Shown: positions 6,772 to 10,027 of the stretch, piece by piece
Layout: every line of letters begins with the position of its first letter
Position numbering within the stretch: the first letter of the stretch is position 1
Assembly: GCA_964654465.1 (NCBI GenBank)
Contig: CAZZIO010000057.1
Location: 1-10,027 of the forward strand
DNA from: an uncultured Dictyoglomota bacterium
GTDB taxonomy: Bacteria; Dictyoglomota; Dictyoglomia; Dictyoglomales; Dictyoglomaceae
Length of the DNA: 10,027 nt
Direction: 5' to 3'
The notes under the pieces: generated by a model
Told to the model about the DNA's origin: nothing
The model's database searches: none
The model's input: the letters and a program-made list of their open reading frames with translations, nothing else
Position numbers and translations under genes: made by a program

Positions 6772-8501
6772 TCACCTCTTACTTCCTCAAAAGCTCCTGA
6801 TATTTTAAAATTAACCAAGCTTATACCAGCCACTAAGAAGAAAATCAAAATGGAAATTGCGCTCGCAAAACCAAATTCCTGACCTCTTCCCTCAAATGCT
6901 AATTTATATACATAAGATATTAGAATATCTGTATGACCTGCCGGAGTAGTTGAACCTACCATTGGTGGTCCGCCCCCAGTTAATAAATATATAAGAGTGA
7001 AGTTATTAAAAGTATATGCAAAACTACTTATTAAAAGTGGAGCAATAATAGAAAGTAACAAAGGAAAAGTTACATATCTAAACCTACTTAATTTTCCTGC
7101 TCCATCTATAGCAGCTGCTTCATACAAATCATCTGGAATAGATTGTAGTGCTCCTAAGGATATGGTCATCATATATGGAAAGGTTAGCCAAGTGTTAACA
7201 ACAATACAAATCACTTTAGCCCAAAAAGGATCATTAAACCATTTTATCGGATTAAGCCCCAAGTAAGGTAAAATAATTTTATTCAATATGCCATATGTTT
7301 CATTAAATATTCCATTTTTCCATGTTAAGACTGATATGAAATAAGGAATAGCCCAAGGAATTATTAAAAGAGTTCTATATATGTTTCTTCCTTTAAGTTT
7401 TCTATTATTTAAAACTAAAGCAAAGGCAAGACCAATTGAAAAAGAAAATAAAACTGTAAAAAGAGACCATTCTACAGTCCATAAAAATATCTTAAAGAAA
7501 GGACTAGATATCCTTTCATCGGTAAAAATTCTTGAAAAATTTTTAAACCCTACACAAGCAGTATAACCAACAAGAAATATCTTATTACCATTTTCATCTA
7601 CATCATAGAAAGATCCTTCCTCCTCAATTAAAGGCTTATTTGTTTTTGTGTTTATAATTACCATTTTTGTAATCTTTTTGCCGTTTTCTTCTACATCTTC
7701 ATAAGTCAATCTATAAAGTCGTTCTATAGTAAAAAATTTCCATTTTCCATCCTCATCAACTTTCACACTAATTATCTTTCCTTCTGGGGTTATATATTCT
7801 GCATTAGCAAGAAACTTTTGTATAAGCAAAGTAAAATAATAAGAACTCTTTTCTAAATTATTATCATTTAGAGAATATAATGGTTTGTATATTTTATTAG
7901 TAGAAATAATTTTTTCTATTTTAGAAAATGATGGTTCAGGAATGAATTCATAAACATTACCATTAATATTGATTTTTGATGTCGATAATTTATAGAGTTT
8001 ACCTTCTCTTAAAAGTATTTCTCTCCCTCTTTGCTTAACAGGTACAGGAACAGTACCTATAAAGGTTTCATTATTAATATTAAAAAGTAGAACAAAATCT
8101 TCTGTAGGTTTAAAATTATCATAAGTAGTAAATATTTTAAAGTTTATAGGCTTTTTATCCACAACATAAGTATAATTTGGATCATATAAAATTTTCTCTA
8201 AAGATTCTTGCCTTGTAAATATATGACCTGTCCCATAGTTTGTAAAGGCAGTTTTTATAGTAAAGTATATAGGGTACAAAACGAGAAGAAACAGAAAAAT
8301 TAGAGCTGGGATAGTATATCTATAAGGATAGCACTTTGGGTTAAAAATAAAAAAATCAATTAATAAAAGAGCTGATATAATAATAACTCCAAGTTCAAAA
8401 TAATAATTTTGAATTAAATAAACACCACCCCAAAAAAGGATACCATTAACTATAGCAATAACTAACCATAAAAAAATTTTTAAAAAGCCCCTCAAAATCA
8501 T
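6768..8501 (-). CDS. malF: Carbohydrate ABC transporter permease, MalF family, with a large P2-type periplasmic loop
   Basis: Three N-terminal TMs, a ~230-aa hydrophilic loop, then YRTLLIIPWAIP, WLTFPYMM, LQSIPDDLYEAAAIDGA (EAA loop), FNNFTLIYLLTGGGP and GHTDILISYVYKLAF. The true start may be TTG 8495. Confidence 0.94.
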   Translation of the reverse strand: MILRGFLKIFLWLVIAIVNGILFWGGVYLIQNYYFELGVIIISALLLIDFFIFNPKCYPYRYTIPALIFLFLLVLYPIYFTIKTAFTNYGTGHIFTRQESLEKILYDPNYTYVVDKKPINFKIFTTYDNFKPTEDFVLLFNINNETFIGTVPVPVKQRGREILLREGKLYKLSTSKININGNVYEFIPEPSFSKIEKIISTNKIYKPLYSLNDNNLEKSSYYFTLLIQKFLANAEYITPEGKIISVKVDEDGKWKFFTIERLYRLTYEDVEENGKKITKMVIINTKTNKPLIEEEGSFYDVDENGNKIFLVGYTACVGFKNFSRIFTDERISSPFFKIFLWTVEWSLFTVLFSFSIGLAFALVLNNRKLKGRNIYRTLLIIPWAIPYFISVLTWKNGIFNETYGILNKIILPYLGLNPIKWFNDPFWAKVICIVVNTWLTFPYMMTISLGALQSIPDDLYEAAAIDGAGKLSRFRYVTFPLLLSIIAPLLISSFAYTFNNFTLIYLLTGGGPPMVGSTTPAGHTDILISYVYKLAFEGRGQEFGFASAISILIFFLVAGISLVNFKISGAFEEVRGE

Positions 8502-8510
8502 CCCTCCTAT

Positions 8511-8550
8511 AAAAAAAGGAGCCTAAGAACATAATCCTTAGGCCCCTTTT
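8511..8550 (-). terminator. Strong stem-loop with U tract between malE and malF
   Basis: Minus strand AAAAGGGGCCTAAGGA-TTATG-TTCTTAGGCTCCTTTTTTT: a ~12-bp stem with two G-U pairs, followed by U7. Confidence 0.85.
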
Positions 8551-8559
8551 AAAAGTTTA

Positions 8560-9756
8560 CTACTTCTTAATTTGAGCCTTTATAGCTTTGACAGCATTTT
8601 CTAAAGCTTCTTCTGGGGTAGCCTTGTTATTAATTATAAGATTCAATGCATCATTCATTGCACTCCATACAGAGGCCATCTCAGGTACATTGGGCATTGG
8701 AATTCCATTAGCAGCACTCTTAGTGAATCCAACAATATCTGGATTATCTTTTACTAATGAAAGAACATCTTTTCTTGCAGGAAGTCTTGGATCTGCCAAA
8801 TAAATCTTATACATTGTATCTTTAGTTGCCACATAATTTATAAGGAAATCACGAGCAAGAATCTTATTAGGTGATTTAGCATTAATCATAAATCCTTGTA
8901 CACCTACAAAGGGTTTTGCTACGATTCCTTTTTCAAGTGCTGGTATTACGGTTACTCCATAGTTTACACCGGCATCTTTATAAGCTTTTACTGCCCATGG
9001 CCCATTAATAATCATTGCAGCTTTACCTTCTTTAAACATTGAATCCATTATCTGATAGTTATCTCCAGGTGTTAAAATGCCCTCATCTACAAGTTTCTTC
9101 CATAACTTTGCCCCTTTAATAGCACCAGGATTTGCAAGACCAATATCTGTTACATCAAGACCCTTTGGTGTTTCTTTAAATACATACCCACCATATCCAA
9201 AAATTACAGGAGCAACATAATAAAATTCTGCAGCACTTGTTATAAATCCTCTAACCTTTCCTTTATAAGCGGTATTTATTCTCTTAGCTGTGCTTATTAA
9301 AGCTTCAAAAGTAGAAGGTGGTAGTTTTACATAATCTTTATTATAAATAAGAGCTATAGCTTCCATTGCATATGGTAATCCATATAATTTACCACCATAA
9401 GAGAAAGCGTTAAGAGCAGTTTTATAAAATTGATTCTGATCTTTAAATTGAGGAATTGGTTCTAATAAACCATTAACCACCAATTCACCAACCCAATCAT
9501 GGGCTCCCACAATTATATCTGCACCTTTACCTTGAGGAGCTGCCGTAAGAAAATTAGGCTTTATAGAACCAAATTCTACATATTGAACATCAACACTGAC
9601 ACCATATTTTGCTTTAAACTCTTCTCCAAATCTTTGAAGAATATCCACTTGTTTTTCTGAACACCAAATAGTAATCTTATTTGCTTGAGCTCCAGTTAAA
9701 CTAATAGCTAAGAACAAAAACAGTACAACTAATAGGAAACTACTCAGTTTTTTCAT
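8560..9756 (-). CDS. malE: Carbohydrate ABC transporter substrate-binding protein, MalE-like (probably galacto-/malto-oligosaccharide binding)
   Basis: Motifs ADIIVGAHDWVGEL, LYGLPYAMEAIALIYNKD, AAMIINGPW, PFVGVQGFMINAKSPNK and GIPMPNVPEMASVW. Signal peptide ends in AQA. RBS AAGGGGGT upstream. TIWCSEKQ and GFITSAAEFYY match my recollection of Thermotoga MalE1. Confidence 0.94.
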   Translation of the reverse strand: MKKLSSFLLVVLFLFLAISLTGAQANKITIWCSEKQVDILQRFGEEFKAKYGVSVDVQYVEFGSIKPNFLTAAPQGKGADIIVGAHDWVGELVVNGLLEPIPQFKDQNQFYKTALNAFSYGGKLYGLPYAMEAIALIYNKDYVKLPPSTFEALISTAKRINTAYKGKVRGFITSAAEFYYVAPVIFGYGGYVFKETPKGLDVTDIGLANPGAIKGAKLWKKLVDEGILTPGDNYQIMDSMFKEGKAAMIINGPWAVKAYKDAGVNYGVTVIPALEKGIVAKPFVGVQGFMINAKSPNKILARDFLINYVATKDTMYKIYLADPRLPARKDVLSLVKDNPDIVGFTKSAANGIPMPNVPEMASVWSAMNDALNLIINNKATPEEALENAVKAIKAQIKK

Positions 9757-9834
9757 AATGAACCCCCTTTCTTAATAATTTTTAGGTTAATCCCCAAAAA
9801 TTTTTTGCTTTACCTATCCTTACTTATTAATTAT

Positions 9835-9867
9835 AAGCCAATTTAAAACCATTTTGATACCAATTTA
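9835..9867 (-). repeat. Three tandem imperfect 11-bp direct repeats (candidate operator)
   Basis: TAAATTGGTAT / CAAAATGGTTT / TAAATTGGCTT, contiguous, beginning 2 nt downstream of the -10 box. Confidence 0.65.
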
Positions 9868-9869
9868 TT

Positions 9870-9897
9870 ATTATAAATGATTACTCATATTTGTCAA
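9870..9897 (-). promoter_or_regulatory. sigma70/sigmaA promoter of the malE-F-G-galactanase operon
   Basis: Perfect TTGACA (9897-9892), 16-nt spacer, perfect TATAAT (9875-9870). Predicted +1 near 9863, giving a ~105-nt leader. Confidence 0.88.
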
Positions 9898-10027
9898 TTA
9901 CAATCTCAAAGAATCCCTATATATAACTTGAGCAGGTATTAGTACCCTCTTTTGAGTTATATTCTTGCCATGATTAATATCAATAATTATATTCAATATC
10001 TCTTTGACTATCTTCTCTACGTCCCAT
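9898..10027 (-). CDS. 3' end of a probable transcriptional regulator with a LacI-type sugar-binding domain (partial)
   Basis: Open frame from the right edge: WDVEKIVKEILNIIIDINHGKNITQKRVLIPAQVIYRDSLRL*, stop at 9900-9898. An amphipathic helix followed by VLIPAQVIYRDS resembles the LacI-family C-terminal 'xLPxxLIxRES' strand. Only 42 aa are visible. Confidence 0.65.
   Translation of the reverse strand, partial: WDVEKIVKEILNIIIDINHGKNITQKRVLIPAQVIYRDSLRL

Noticed and set aside
3245-8803. Plus-strand ORFs 3245..3430, 6614..6808, 6997..7266, 7381..7566 and 8588..8803
   Set aside because: All lie antisense within well-supported genes and have no independent coding signal.
9795-9807. CAAAAATTTTTTG palindrome in the malE leader, and the idea of a riboswitch there
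   Set aside because: A/T-only palindromes are expected by chance at this composition; no recognisable riboswitch core in the ~105-nt leader.
9842-9858. TTAAAACCATTTTGA as a LacI/CcpA-type palindromic operator
   Set aside because: Lacks the central CG and has odd symmetry; better explained as the middle unit of the 11-bp direct repeats.
1-10027. CRISPR array, tRNA/rRNA, IS element, prophage or defence genes
   Set aside because: About 97% of the window is accounted for by transporter, hydrolase and regulator CDSs; intergenic gaps are at most ~140 bp and show no repeat-spacer or structural-RNA pattern.

Overview
AT-rich (roughly 30-33% GC by eye) bacterial DNA with every credible gene on the minus strand. 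In transcription order (right to left): the 3' end of a probable LacI-type sugar-binding regulator (9898..>10027); a consensus sigma70/sigmaA promoter with three phased 11-bp repeats over its start site; a MalE/MalF/MalG-type carbohydrate ABC importer with no ATPase gene; a secreted modular GH53 endo-beta-1,4-galactanase (GH53 + Ig-like + CBM); then a probably separately promoted dipeptide ABC operon (dppA, and dppB running off the left edge). From memory, the mal/galactanase block closely resembles the Thermotoga maritima malE1-malF1-malG1-galactanase (gan) locus, so it is probably a galactan/galacto-oligosaccharide uptake unit and not a plain maltose transporter. The most unusual element is a ~520-aa helical/coiled-coil extracytoplasmic insertion in the 801-aa MalG. 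Similarly long MalG proteins exist in Thermotogae, but I know of no established function for the insert. Both binding-protein genes are followed by hairpins. I see no CRISPR array, mobile element, tRNA/rRNA or defence system, and cannot support a wholly new system; the novelty is in the permease architecture and the cis-regulatory elements.
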